Shown here: positions 21,616 to 31,125 of the stretch, piece after piece
Numbering within the stretch: the stretch's first letter is position 1
Layout of the letters: every line of letters begins with the position of its first letter
Notes under the pieces: model-generated
Databases searched by the model: none
The model's input: only the letters and a program-made list of their open reading frames with translations
What the model was told of the DNA's origin: nothing
Translations under genes and position numbers: made by a program
NCBI GenBank assembly: GCA_963700145.1
Contig: OY969474.1
Span: 1,856,001-1,920,000 of the forward strand
DNA: 64,000 nt
Direction: 5' to 3'
DNA from: an uncultured Acidobacteriota bacterium
GTDB lineage: Bacteria; Acidobacteriota; Thermoanaerobaculia; Multivoradales; UBA5704

Positions 21616-23232
21616 ATGGAAGAGGACTTAGCGGCAGGGTCGCTCTACGAGCGGGCGCTCGCGGCGCGGCCGGCGGGGGCCCCGGCGGCGCGGCCGCCGC
21701 GCCCGTCGGCGGCGGTCGTCCTCTGGCGCCGCGGGGCGGGCGGCGCGCTCGAGGTCTTCTGGGTCCAGCGCGCCGAGACGCTCGCCTTCATGGGCGGCTG
21801 GCACGCCTTCGTCGGCGGCGCGCTGGCGCGCGAGGACGCCGGTCTCGAGGTCGCCGGCACGGCGCGCGGGCTCGACCCGGGCACCGCCGCCCCCGCTCCC
21901 GAGAGCCTGCTCGACGGCCTGCCCGAGCTGCCGCCCGACCTCGTGCCCGGCCTTCTCGCCGGCGCGCTGCGCGAGCTGTTCGAGGAGACCGGCCTGCTCC
22001 TGGCGCGCGAGCTGCCCCCCACGGCCGAGGAGCCGCTCAGGCTTGCGGCGGCGCGGCGGCGGCTGGTGGCCGGCGAAGCGGGGATGGCGGAGATCCTCGC
22101 GGAGCTCGGCGCCACCCTCGACGCCTCGCGCCTGGTCTACGCCGGCCGCTGGCTGACGCCGCCGTTCGGCCCGCTGCGCTTCGACAACCGCTTCTTCCTC
22201 GCCGAGTGGCCGTACGGGGCGGCGGTGCAGCCCGAGGTTGAGGAAGGGGAGCTGGCAGCGGGCGAGTGGATCGAGCCGGCGGCGGCGCTCGGGCGCTGGC
22301 GGCGCGGCGAGGTGATGGCGGCGCCGCCGGTCCTCCACCTGCTGCGCGTCCTGGCCGAAGACGGCCCCGAGCGCGGCCTGCCGCGCCTCCTCGACCCACG
22401 GGAGGCGAACCTCGGACCCTGTCGCCGCATCGAGTTCCGCCCCGGCTTCCTCGCCTTCCCCATGCGCACGGCGACCCTGCCGCCGGCCACCGCCACCAAC
22501 GCCTTCCTCGTCGGGCACGGCGAGACGGTGCTGATCGACCCCGGCTCGGGCGACCCGGTCGAGCTCGACCGCCTCCATCGCGCGCTGGCGGCGGCGCTCG
22601 CCGCGCCCGGGCGGCGGCTGGCCGCGATCTGGCTCACCCACCACCACCCCGACCACATCGGCGGCGTCGAGGCGACGCGCGCCGCCTTCGGAGTGCCGGT
22701 CCTCGCCCACCCGGCGACCGCCGAGCGGCTGGCGGCGCGCGGGCTGCGGGTGGACGGGACGCTGGAAGACGGCCGGGAGGTGACCCTCGCCGGCGAGCCG
22801 CCGCTGACGCTGCGCGTCGTCCACACGCCGGGGCACGCGCGCGGCCACCTCTGCTTCTTCGACGCGGCAGGAAAGACCTTGGTGGCCGGGGACCTGGTGG
22901 CCGGCGTGGGGACGATCGTCGTCGACCCGCCGGAGGGGGACATGGACGACTACCTCGCCTCGCTCGAGAAGGTGCTGGCGCTGGCGCCCGCCACCCTCCT
23001 CCCCGCCCACGGCCCCGCCGTCCACCACGGCGCCGCCAAGCTCCGCGAGTACCTCGACCACCGCCTCTGGCGCGAAGAGCGCGTCCTCGCCGCCTGGCGC
23101 GCCGGCCTGCGGGAGCCGCAAGTGATGCTCCCCACCGTCTACGCCGACGTCCCCCCCGAAGCCCACCCCCTGGCCGCCCGCCAGATCGAAGCGCACCTCG
23201 CGAGGCTCCGGCGTGCCGGACGGCTGCGTTGA
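21616..23232 (+). CDS. NUDIX hydrolase / metallo-beta-lactamase-fold fusion
   Basis: ALRELFEETG and RWLTP....RFDNRFF (NUDIX); THHHPDHIGG, HTPGHARGH, AGD, PAHG (MBL). Confidence 0.88.
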   Translation: MEEDLAAGSLYERALAARPAGAPAARPPRPSAAVVLWRRGAGGALEVFWVQRAETLAFMGGWHAFVGGALAREDAGLEVAGTARGLDPGTAAPAPESLLDGLPELPPDLVPGLLAGALRELFEETGLLLARELPPTAEEPLRLAAARRRLVAGEAGMAEILAELGATLDASRLVYAGRWLTPPFGPLRFDNRFFLAEWPYGAAVQPEVEEGELAAGEWIEPAAALGRWRRGEVMAAPPVLHLLRVLAEDGPERGLPRLLDPREANLGPCRRIEFRPGFLAFPMRTATLPPATATNAFLVGHGETVLIDPGSGDPVELDRLHRALAAALAAPGRRLAAIWLTHHHPDHIGGVEATRAAFGVPVLAHPATAERLAARGLRVDGTLEDGREVTLAGEPPLTLRVVHTPGHARGHLCFFDAAGKTLVAGDLVAGVGTIVVDPPEGDMDDYLASLEKVLALAPATLLPAHGPAVHHGAAKLREYLDHRLWREERVLAAWRAGLREPQVMLPTVYADVPPEAHPLAARQIEAHLARLRRAGRLR

Positions 23233-23239
23233 GGGCCGA

Positions 23240-23506
23240 GTGGTGGTGATCTGGACCGAATATCTCAAGTACCGTGCCGCACTGCGAGGCTATGATCTCG
23301 CCGTGATCGAGCAGATCGCGAGCTTCGCTGAGGAGCGGTACTTCGACACCGCCACGCAGCGGATGGTCGCCATAGGGCGGCACGGGGACAGATTGGTCGC
23401 AATTCCGTACGAAGAGAGCGACGAGGGATTGATTCCAATCACCATTCACGCCACCACTCGGCAACAGGTCAACTTCCGCCTGCGTGCTGGAAGGTTCAAG
23501 CCATGA
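23240..23506 (+). CDS. Putative RelE-like (DUF4258-type) toxin
   Basis: About 88 aa, W.EY..YRA..RG...LIPITIH; ATGA-coupled to a DUF2283-like gene. Confidence 0.55.
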   Translation: MVVIWTEYLKYRAALRGYDLAVIEQIASFAEERYFDTATQRMVAIGRHGDRLVAIPYEESDEGLIPITIHATTRQQVNFRLRAGRFKP

Positions 23507-23736
23507 GCAAGCCTCAGATGGCGTACTTCGCCGAAGAAGACATCCTCCACCTCGTGATCTCCGAGGAAGAGGAGGCCAACAGCGTCGAGCTGAGTCCCAA
23601 CATCACCGCCGAGCTGAACGGCAAAGGCGAGCTGATCGGGATCGAGATCCTGCACGCGAGCAGCTACGTCCGTGACGCCATCCTGGAAGGCGTGCAGGCG
23701 AAGGTGTTGAACTTGACGACCGCAGGCGAGAGGTAG
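23503..23736 (+). CDS. DUF2283-family protein (putative antitoxin)
   Basis: Y...EDILHL.IS....S.E......ELNGKGELIGIEILHAS signature. Confidence 0.8.
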   Translation: MSKPQMAYFAEEDILHLVISEEEEANSVELSPNITAELNGKGELIGIEILHASSYVRDAILEGVQAKVLNLTTAGER

Positions 23737-23754
23737 TTAGCTCTCTACGAGACC

Positions 23755-26262
23755 TCAGTCCCGCGCCAGCACTTCGTGCCGGGCGTTGAGGACGACGCGC
23801 TTGGGTTGGCGGGGGACTTTGAAGGTGGCGTCGATGGGCTTGGTGGTGCTGCCGACCATGGCGATGATGCCGAAGCGCAGGACGTCGCCCTTGCCGAGAT
23901 CGACGTAGAGGGGGAGGAGGACGCGGAAGTCGGGCGAGACGCCCTCCTGGGTCACCGTGCCGCGCACCCGCACCTCGCCCTTGCCGGCCGACTCCAACAC
24001 CAGGTCGTGGGTGTAGCGCGGCAGCTCGGCGCCGTAGACCCACTGGTGGAAGAACCAGTCCATCTTGCCGTCGCCGGTGGCGTTCATCGCCGGCACCATG
24101 TGGCGCTCGACGACCGCCTGGAAGTCGGCGGTCGTCGCCTGCTTCCCCGCGTAGCTCGCCGCGAAGTCCCGCATCAGGGCGATGAAGTTGGCGTCCGGCG
24201 TCTTCGCGGCGCCGTCCCACATCAGCATGCGCAGCATGTGGAGGACGAACCCTCCCTTGCCGTAGACGATCGCCGGGTAGGCGAAGGGGCTGCGCTGCGT
24301 CGCCAGGCGCATCCCCATCGTCATCGGCCCCGCCTGCCAGTTGGGGATGGCGTTGCCGCGTGTCTTCTCGAGCAGGAACCGGCGCGTGCCCTCCCAGAAC
24401 TCGCCGTACCGCCCCCACCCTTCGGCGTGCTGCAGCGCCAAGGCCGACGAGAACTCCGCGAACCCTTCCGAGAGCCACTGGTCGCGCAGCGTGCGGAAGC
24501 CCACCTGGTGCCCCCACCACTGGTGGGCGAACTCGTGGTAGCCGACCTCCTCGACGTAGGCGCCGGCGCCGCCCAGCCCCAGCCGCTGCCGCTGCGTGCC
24601 GTCGAGGAAGGAGAGGTAGGGCATGAAGATGAGCGCCGGCCACGACTGGCCGAAGGTCCACTGCGCCTGCTGCGTGATCGCCACCTGCTTCTGCGGCAGC
24701 GGCCCGAAGTAGGTGGTGAAGACGCGCGCCGAGTTGAGGCCGTCGACCAGGATGCCGTCGGCCAGCCGCTCGGGGATGATCTGCCCCAGCCCTTCGCCGG
24801 CGGCGGGCGAGAACTCCTCCGCCCCCTCGACGTCGGCCGCCACGTCCATGGCGCTGCCCATGAGCGGGATCGCCTGCGTGCGCCGGCTGGTGTAGACCGC
24901 GACCTCGACCTCGGTCTGCTCGTCGGTCCGCGCCTGGCGCTTGAACTTGCCGTAGTTGAAGCCCGCCACCTGCACCGGCTCCGCGGCCCGCCAGACCGAG
25001 ACGCTCTGCCCCTTCTCCTCGCGCAGCTCCTGGCGGGTGCCGACCGAGACCACGTCCTTCCCTTCCGGCACGCGGTAGACGAGCGTGAAGGTGGCCGGGT
25101 CGATGAAGACGCCGAGGTTGGCGTACCAGCTCTCGCGCGCGCCGACGACGAAGGTGCCGTCGCCGACGTCGTCGAGCACCTCGCTGCCGCCGTAGCTCAG
25201 GCGCAGCAGCACCTCCTGCCCCGGCGGCAGCGCCTCGGGGAAGACGACGGCGGCGTCGGGGTCGTCGTCCTTGCCCTCCTGCACCCACGGCAGATCGGTC
25301 CAGGCCGCGGGCTCGGCGCCTCCCGCCGGCGCGAGCGAATACGCCGCCTGCTCGATCCGCAGGTCCTCCAGCAGGTGGACCGGCAGCACCCGCAGGCCGG
25401 GCGCCAGCGCCTTGAAGCGGACGGTCGTCGTGCCCGCGACGTCGGCGTTGCGGGCGACCGTCGTCTCGATCCGGTAGTCGAGGGCGTCGGCCGCCGGCTG
25501 CGCCGGGGTGGCGCGGCCGGCCGCCACCACCGCCGCCGGCTCGGAGAGGTACCAGAGGCCGCCGCTGACGTCGTGCGCCACGAAGAGGAGCGAGTCCTCG
25601 CCGCCCAGGAGCGCCCCCAGCCGCAGCGCCTCGGCGCCGCGCGGATCGACGGCGAGGAGCGCCGGCGGCACCTTCTTCCCTTCCGGGAAGGCGAGGAAGG
25701 CGCCGCCCGCCGCGCCCGGCGGCTCGAGCAGGTCGTGCAGGACGCGGAGGTGGAAGTTGGTCTGGAAGTCCTGCCGCTGCCGCGCGAGGTGCCGCTCGAA
25801 CGCGGCGGCGGCGCGCGGGTCGGAAGCGCCGGTCCGCAGCTCGCCGTGGCGCAGGACCTCGGCCGCGGTGTCGTCGCCGAAGAGGAGGACCAGCGCCTCG
25901 AAGCGGTCCTCGAGCGCCTCGAGCCCGTCGTCGCCGGTGACCAGCGCCAGGTGGCGGCGCTCGGCGGCGGTGGCCGGAGCGAGCCGCCAGCTCCCCTCCC
26001 CCAGGAAGACGGCGCCGACCGTCCGCCCCGCGACCGGGGCCAGGAAGTGGACGGCGCCGGCGTCGAGCCGGAAGCGGAAGACGTCGCGCTCCAGCACCAG
26101 CCCCTGGACCGCCACCGTCCGCCCGTCCGGCCGCGCGGCGCGGAGCGCCGCGTAGGTCGGGTCCGGCGGCGCGGCCGCGGCGGCCGGGGCGGCGGCACCC
26201 CCGGCGAGGAGCATGAGGAGCGCGAGCAGAAGGGGCGGTGCGGGACGGCGGGGGAACGACAT
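23755..26262 (-). CDS. Secreted M1 family aminopeptidase
   Basis: Signal peptide; gluzincin YHEFAHQWWG-x-WLSEGFAEF; YGKG.FVLHMLR; WFFHQWVYG. Confidence 0.9.
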   Translation of the reverse strand: MSFPRRPAPPLLLALLMLLAGGAAAPAAAAAPPDPTYAALRAARPDGRTVAVQGLVLERDVFRFRLDAGAVHFLAPVAGRTVGAVFLGEGSWRLAPATAAERRHLALVTGDDGLEALEDRFEALVLLFGDDTAAEVLRHGELRTGASDPRAAAAFERHLARQRQDFQTNFHLRVLHDLLEPPGAAGGAFLAFPEGKKVPPALLAVDPRGAEALRLGALLGGEDSLLFVAHDVSGGLWYLSEPAAVVAAGRATPAQPAADALDYRIETTVARNADVAGTTTVRFKALAPGLRVLPVHLLEDLRIEQAAYSLAPAGGAEPAAWTDLPWVQEGKDDDPDAAVVFPEALPPGQEVLLRLSYGGSEVLDDVGDGTFVVGARESWYANLGVFIDPATFTLVYRVPEGKDVVSVGTRQELREEKGQSVSVWRAAEPVQVAGFNYGKFKRQARTDEQTEVEVAVYTSRRTQAIPLMGSAMDVAADVEGAEEFSPAAGEGLGQIIPERLADGILVDGLNSARVFTTYFGPLPQKQVAITQQAQWTFGQSWPALIFMPYLSFLDGTQRQRLGLGGAGAYVEEVGYHEFAHQWWGHQVGFRTLRDQWLSEGFAEFSSALALQHAEGWGRYGEFWEGTRRFLLEKTRGNAIPNWQAGPMTMGMRLATQRSPFAYPAIVYGKGGFVLHMLRMLMWDGAAKTPDANFIALMRDFAASYAGKQATTADFQAVVERHMVPAMNATGDGKMDWFFHQWVYGAELPRYTHDLVLESAGKGEVRVRGTVTQEGVSPDFRVLLPLYVDLGKGDVLRFGIIAMVGSTTKPIDATFKVPRQPKRVVLNARHEVLARD

Positions 26263-26299
26263 CGACGGCGACCTCGGTTATCCTTGACCCGAGTCTATC

Positions 26300-28237
26300 G
26301 TGCGCTGCCGACGGTCCCTGGCGCTCGCCGCCCTGCTCCTGCTCTGCCCGGCCCTGCCGGCCGGCGCCGCGCGCCTGGGCGCCGAGCTGCGGCTCAACGA
26401 GTCCACCGGCTGGTACCAGATCGAGCCGGTCCTCGCCGCGCGGCCGGACGGCTCCTTCCTCGCGGTCTGGAACGACACGTACGACGCCATCGTCGCCCGC
26501 CTCTTCGCCGCCGACGGCCGGCCGCTGGGCGGCGACGTGGGTGTGGGCGTGCGCACCCTCCCGACGGCGGGCCGGTACCTCTATCAGCCGCGGGCCGTGG
26601 CCCTGGCCGACGGCGGCTTCGCGGTGGTCTGGATGGACGGCTTGACGCTGTTCTCCCGCGTCCTCGGCGCGGACGGCGCGCCGCGCGGCCCGGCGTCCCT
26701 CCTCTCGGTGGCGGAGGAGTCTTACCTCTACACCTCGACCCATCCGCCGTCGATCGCTGCGGCGCCGGACGGCGGCTTCGTCGTCGCCTGGCAGCACGCG
26801 ATGGACTTGCCGCCGGCCGTGTTCGGGCGCCGCGAGCTGGTCCGCTGGCGCCGCTACGCCGCCGACGGCTCGCCGGCCGGGCCGCAGGTCGAGGTCGCGC
26901 CGAGCAACGGCGTCGCCGACTGGCCGCGGGTGGCGGTTGACGCGGCCGGCCGGGTCGCAGTGACCTGGCAGAGTGGGAACATCCGGCTCAATCTCTATGA
27001 CGCGGAGGGGAACCTGGCCGAGGGGCCGGTGGAGATCGGCCACGGCTCCACCCACGGCGGCGGCATCCCGCGGTTCGAGCCCGACGGCGAGCTGGAGGTC
27101 ACCTGGCAGAGCGGCGCCGCCTGCGGCCTCCGCCGCTTCGCGCCCTCCGGGGCGCCGCTGGCCGAGACGAAATGGCTCCACAACACCGACGAGCCGTTCA
27201 GCGGCGACTTCGTGTTGCACGCCGCCGTCGCCGACGGCGCCGGCCATCGCCTGCTCGTCTGGTCCCAGAGGAGCACGCGCGACCCCGACGGCGGCGTCCA
27301 CGCGCGCCTCTACGACACCGCCTGGGACCCGCTCGGGCCGCCGTTCCTGCTCAACGCCGCGGCCCAGGCCCACCAGCTCGACGGCGCCGCGGCCGGGCTC
27401 GAGCGCGGCTTCCTCACCGCCTGGGCCGGGGGCGAGCACGAGTCGGGGGCCGGCGTGCCGCTCGGCCACGAGGGACGGTGCACCGGCGACGGCAGCTTTT
27501 TCGGCATCTTCGCCCGCCACCTCGATCCGGAGGCGTCGGGCGCGGCACCGGAGGCGCTGCTCCTGGGCGACGGGCGCTTCGCGCTGGAGGTGGAGTGGCG
27601 GACCGGCGGCGAGAAGGGGACCGGCCGTCCGCTGCCGCACAGCGACGAGAGCGGCGCCTTCTGGTTTTTCGGCCCGGACAACCCCGAGCTGCTGGTGAAG
27701 CTCCTCGACGGCCGGGCCGTCAACGGCCACTTCTGGGTCTTCCACGCCGCGGCGACGAGCGTCGACTACACGCTGACGGTGACCGACCTCGACACCGGCC
27801 GGCAGAGGCGCTACGAGAAGCGCGTGGGACCGCTGGCCAGCGCCGTCGACACCTCCGCCTTCGCCGCCCCGGGCACGCCCGCCGGCCCGGACAAGAGCGT
27901 CTGCGCGGAGGGCCTGCCGCTGCTCCACCTCGGATACGGTGACTTCTACCTGACGGTGACTTGGCGCGACCCGAAGACCGGCGCCAGCGGGCGGGCCTCC
28001 GGCCAGGCACTGACCCGCGACGGCGGCCTGTTCTTCTTCTTCGGCAACGCCAACCCCGAGATCCTGGTCAAGATGGTGGACGGCCGTCCGGTCAACGGCC
28101 ACTGGTGGTTCTTCCACGCCGCCCTGACCGACCTGGAGTACGAGATCGTCGTCCGCGAATCGGACACCGGCGCCGAGCGCACCTACAAGAAACCCGCCGG
28201 CACCCTCGGCGGCGGCACCGACACCCGGGCGTTCTAG
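26300..28237 (+). CDS. Secreted protein: N-terminal beta-repeat region plus a tandem C-terminal domain pair
   Basis: Signal peptide; DGSFLAVW, DGGFAVVW and DGGFVVAW repeats; two copies of F.FF...NPE.LVK..DGR.VNGH.W.F..A.T..EY...V.D..TG....Y....G......DT.AF. Confidence 0.8.
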   Translation: MRCRRSLALAALLLLCPALPAGAARLGAELRLNESTGWYQIEPVLAARPDGSFLAVWNDTYDAIVARLFAADGRPLGGDVGVGVRTLPTAGRYLYQPRAVALADGGFAVVWMDGLTLFSRVLGADGAPRGPASLLSVAEESYLYTSTHPPSIAAAPDGGFVVAWQHAMDLPPAVFGRRELVRWRRYAADGSPAGPQVEVAPSNGVADWPRVAVDAAGRVAVTWQSGNIRLNLYDAEGNLAEGPVEIGHGSTHGGGIPRFEPDGELEVTWQSGAACGLRRFAPSGAPLAETKWLHNTDEPFSGDFVLHAAVADGAGHRLLVWSQRSTRDPDGGVHARLYDTAWDPLGPPFLLNAAAQAHQLDGAAAGLERGFLTAWAGGEHESGAGVPLGHEGRCTGDGSFFGIFARHLDPEASGAAPEALLLGDGRFALEVEWRTGGEKGTGRPLPHSDESGAFWFFGPDNPELLVKLLDGRAVNGHFWVFHAAATSVDYTLTVTDLDTGRQRRYEKRVGPLASAVDTSAFAAPGTPAGPDKSVCAEGLPLLHLGYGDFYLTVTWRDPKTGASGRASGQALTRDGGLFFFFGNANPEILVKMVDGRPVNGHWWFFHAALTDLEYEIVVRESDTGAERTYKKPAGTLGGGTDTRAF

Positions 28238-28256
28238 GAGACGCAGCCGGCGCCGG

Positions 28257-29585
28257 CTACGCCGCGCTGAGGGCGCGGCGGCTGCGGCGTTGGGCGCGAG
28301 CGCGGTCGGGGAGGGGGAGATCGCCGAGGGCCTCCAGCGCGCGGCCGCGGCCGCCGCGGAGGATGGCCAGCACCTCGCGGAACTGCTGCTCGGCGCGCTC
28401 GCGGTGGCCGAGGCGGAGGAAGCAGTCGCCCAATAGCACCCGCACCTGGAAGAGGCCGGGCTCGAGGTAGAGCGCGGCGCGGTAGGCGGCAACCGCTTCC
28501 TGCAGGCGGCCGGTGAGGTCGTGGAGGAGGCCGTGGACGGCGTGGGCGGCGGGGTCGGCCGGGTCGGCGGCGAGGGCCGAGGCCAGGTGGTGCGCCGCGG
28601 TGTCGCGCTCGCCGGCGGCGAGGCAGCGGGCGGCGGCGAGGAGGGGCGTCGGGACGACGACCGGCACCGGCACCGGCCGCGACGGCGGCGCCACGGCGGC
28701 GGGCCGCCCGGCCGGGAGGACCGCGGGATCGCCCGCCGCGTCCTGTCCCGCCGCCGGGGCGGCGCGGTGCCGGTAGGCGTAGCAGTCCCCGAGGTCCACC
28801 GCCGCCAGCCCCTCGTGGATCTGCCAGAGGGTCTCGGAAGCGCCGAGGAAGAGGTGGCCGCCCGGAGCCAGGTGGCGCTCCACCTCCGCCATCACCTGCC
28901 GCTGCAGCGGCCGCCGGAAGTAGATCAGCAGGTTGCGCAGCAGGACGAGGTCGAACGGCCCGCCGGGCAGCGCGTACGGGGGGCGGGCCAGGTTGAGCGG
29001 CCGGTAGTCGATGCGGCGCCGCAGCTCGGGGTCGAGCTCGACCAGGCCGCTGCGTGCGCCGTGCGGCGCCAGCCAGCGCGCGGCCGAGGCCGGCGGCACC
29101 TGCGCCACGGCGCGGGCGTTGTAGACGCCGCGGCGGGCGGCGGCGAGCGCCTCCTCGTCGAGGTCGGTGGCGAGGATCGTCCAGTCGCGCCCGGCCAGGG
29201 CCGGGCTCTCGGCGCAGACGATCGCCAGGGTCGCCGGCTCCTCGCCGCGGCCGCAGGCGGCCGACCAGAGGCGCAGCGGCCGCGCGTCGTCGAGGCCGGC
29301 GGCGAGGGCCGGCAGCAGCCGCTCGGCCAGCGCCCGGAACTGCTGCGGCGCGCGGAAGAAGTACCCCTCCTTGACGGTCAGGAGGGCGACCAGGCGCGGC
29401 CACTCGCCCGGCAGCTCGCCGGCGGCGAGCGCCCGCACGTAGGCGTCCACGCCGTCGCGGCCGGCGGCCGCCGCCCGCCGCTCCGCCACTTCGATCAGGA
29501 ACGGCAGGCGCGACGGCGGCAGGTGGTTGCCAGTCGCCTCGCGCACCAGGACGGCGAGCCGCTGGATCGCAGACTCAGCGCTCAT
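28257..29585 (-). CDS. cheR: Chemotaxis methyltransferase with C-terminal TPR
   Basis: TVKEGYFFR, LWSAACGRGEEP, ILATDLD, LLRNLLIYF, LFLGASETL; TPR tail AYRAALYLEP. Confidence 0.9.
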   Translation of the reverse strand: MSAESAIQRLAVLVREATGNHLPPSRLPFLIEVAERRAAAAGRDGVDAYVRALAAGELPGEWPRLVALLTVKEGYFFRAPQQFRALAERLLPALAAGLDDARPLRLWSAACGRGEEPATLAIVCAESPALAGRDWTILATDLDEEALAAARRGVYNARAVAQVPPASAARWLAPHGARSGLVELDPELRRRIDYRPLNLARPPYALPGGPFDLVLLRNLLIYFRRPLQRQVMAEVERHLAPGGHLFLGASETLWQIHEGLAAVDLGDCYAYRHRAAPAAGQDAAGDPAVLPAGRPAAVAPPSRPVPVPVVVPTPLLAAARCLAAGERDTAAHHLASALAADPADPAAHAVHGLLHDLTGRLQEAVAAYRAALYLEPGLFQVRVLLGDCFLRLGHRERAEQQFREVLAILRGGRGRALEALGDLPLPDRARAQRRSRRALSAA

Positions 29586-29599
29586 CGTCGCGCCGTGCT

Positions 29600-29624
29600 C
29601 CCTCCCCCGCGCAGCGGGGGAGGG
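29600..29624. repeat. Perfect 11-bp-stem hairpin (REP-like)
   Basis: CCCTCCCCCGC-GCA-GCGGGGGAGGG followed by CCGGGGAGGGGGG, in the gap between the GGDEF gene and cheR. Confidence 0.6.
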
Positions 29625-29700
29625 CCGGGGAGGGGGGTATCGAAGTCAATTGCCTTGCCGGGTGGGTGGCCAGCGGCAGGCCCGCGTGGGTTTAACCAAT

Positions 29701-31125
29701 TCAAGGGCACACCCGGTTCCGGCCGGCCGCCTTCGCCTCGTAGAGGCGGCGGTCGGCGAGCGAGACGAGGAGGTCGCCGTTCAGCCGCTCGGCCAGCTCG
29801 CCGCTCGCCGCGACGCCGAAGGAGGCGCTGATCCGCACCTCCTCGCGCGTCGGCAGCACGATCGAGCTGCGCTCGAGCGCCTTGCGCAGCCGCTCGGCGG
29901 CCTGGCGCGCCGGGTCGAGGTCGACCGAGGGGAGGACGGCCAGGAACTCCTCGCCGCCGTAGCGCCCGAGGACGTCGGTGGCGCGCAGCACGCGGCGCAG
30001 CGCCGCCGCGCCTTCGCGCAGCACGCGGTCGCCGGCCAGGTGGCCGTGGGTGTCGTTGACCTCCTTGAAGTGGTCGAAGTCGCAGAGGATCACCGACACC
30101 GGGTGGCCGTAGCGGCGCGCCCCTTCGAGCTCGACGGCCAGGCGGTCGAGGATGGCGCGGTGGTTGAGCAGGCGGGTCAGGCTGTCGAGGGTCGAGAGCT
30201 CGCGCAGCCGCTGCGCCAGCCGGGCGTTGTCGAGGACCAGCGCGAGATGCCCGGTCAGGCCTTCGCAGAGGGCCCGGGTGCGCGCGTCGAAGGCCTCCGG
30301 CTCGCGCGGCAGGAAGCAGAGGGTGGCGGCGGCGCCGCGCACCGCCAGCGGGAACCAGACGCAGCGGTCGAGATCGATCGGCTCGCCGTCGCCGCGGCCG
30401 CCGCTGAACTCGACCTCGACCGGCGTCGTCGGCCCGAGCTCGAGGCTCTCGACGAGCCGGCCGGTGAGGTCCTCGAGGTCCTCCTCGCGGATCGGCTCTT
30501 GGAGCAGGACGTGGATCATCGCCTCCTCGCTCTCGCCGACCGCGACGGCGAGGAAGCGGGCCGCCACTACCTGGCCGAGGGTCTCGAGGGCCGAGCGGCT
30601 GGCCTCGTCGAAGTCGGGGGCCGCCATGCCGCGCTCGAGGAGCGTGTTGACCAGCGTCGCCTGGAGGAGGCTGCGGTCGAGCTGCCGCGCCACCCGGCCG
30701 AGGACGTCGAGCGGCCCGGCCGGCGGGCCCTCCTCCGGCGGCGCGGCCGGCGGCGCCTCCCGCGCCAGCCGCTCCACCATCTCGATGAGGGCCTGCGGCT
30801 CGTGGGTCTTGGTCAGGTAGCCGTCGGCGCCGGTGCGCAGGCTCCAGAAGCGCGAGGCGGCGCCCGACTCGCCGGTCAGCACCAGGACCGGGATGTGCGC
30901 CGTCGCCGGGTCGGACTTGAGCAGGCGCAGCAGCGGGAACCCCTCGAGGTTCGGCATGTCGAGGTCGGTGACGACGACGTCCGGCCGCTCGCGCAGGGCG
31001 AACACGGCGCCTTCGACGCCGTCGCGCGCCTCGAGCACCGCGAAGCCGGCGCCGCGCAGCGTGCGGGCGAGGACGGCGCGGGTGACGTCGCTGTCGTCGA
31101 CGATGAGGACGCGGCGCTCGCTCAT
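29701..31125 (-). CDS. Response-regulator diguanylate cyclase (REC-linker-GGDEF)
   Basis: RVLIVDDS, TDLDMP; D.LT.L.N, DFDHFKEVNDTHGHLAGD, RATD I-site, GRYGGEEF. Confidence 0.92.
   Translation of the reverse strand: MSERRVLIVDDSDVTRAVLARTLRGAGFAVLEARDGVEGAVFALRERPDVVVTDLDMPNLEGFPLLRLLKSDPATAHIPVLVLTGESGAASRFWSLRTGADGYLTKTHEPQALIEMVERLAREAPPAAPPEEGPPAGPLDVLGRVARQLDRSLLQATLVNTLLERGMAAPDFDEASRSALETLGQVVAARFLAVAVGESEEAMIHVLLQEPIREEDLEDLTGRLVESLELGPTTPVEVEFSGGRGDGEPIDLDRCVWFPLAVRGAAATLCFLPREPEAFDARTRALCEGLTGHLALVLDNARLAQRLRELSTLDSLTRLLNHRAILDRLAVELEGARRYGHPVSVILCDFDHFKEVNDTHGHLAGDRVLREGAAALRRVLRATDVLGRYGGEEFLAVLPSVDLDPARQAAERLRKALERSSIVLPTREEVRISASFGVAASGELAERLNGDLLVSLADRRLYEAKAAGRNRVCP

Noticed and set aside
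21616-23232. NUDIX-MBL fusion as a novelty
   Set aside because: This fusion architecture is already widespread and known.
23603-28492. 1629-aa and 1054-aa ORFs
   Set aside because: These are GC-rich shadow or antisense frames over the M1 peptidase and the secreted protein, with low-complexity Arg/Ala/Gly translation.
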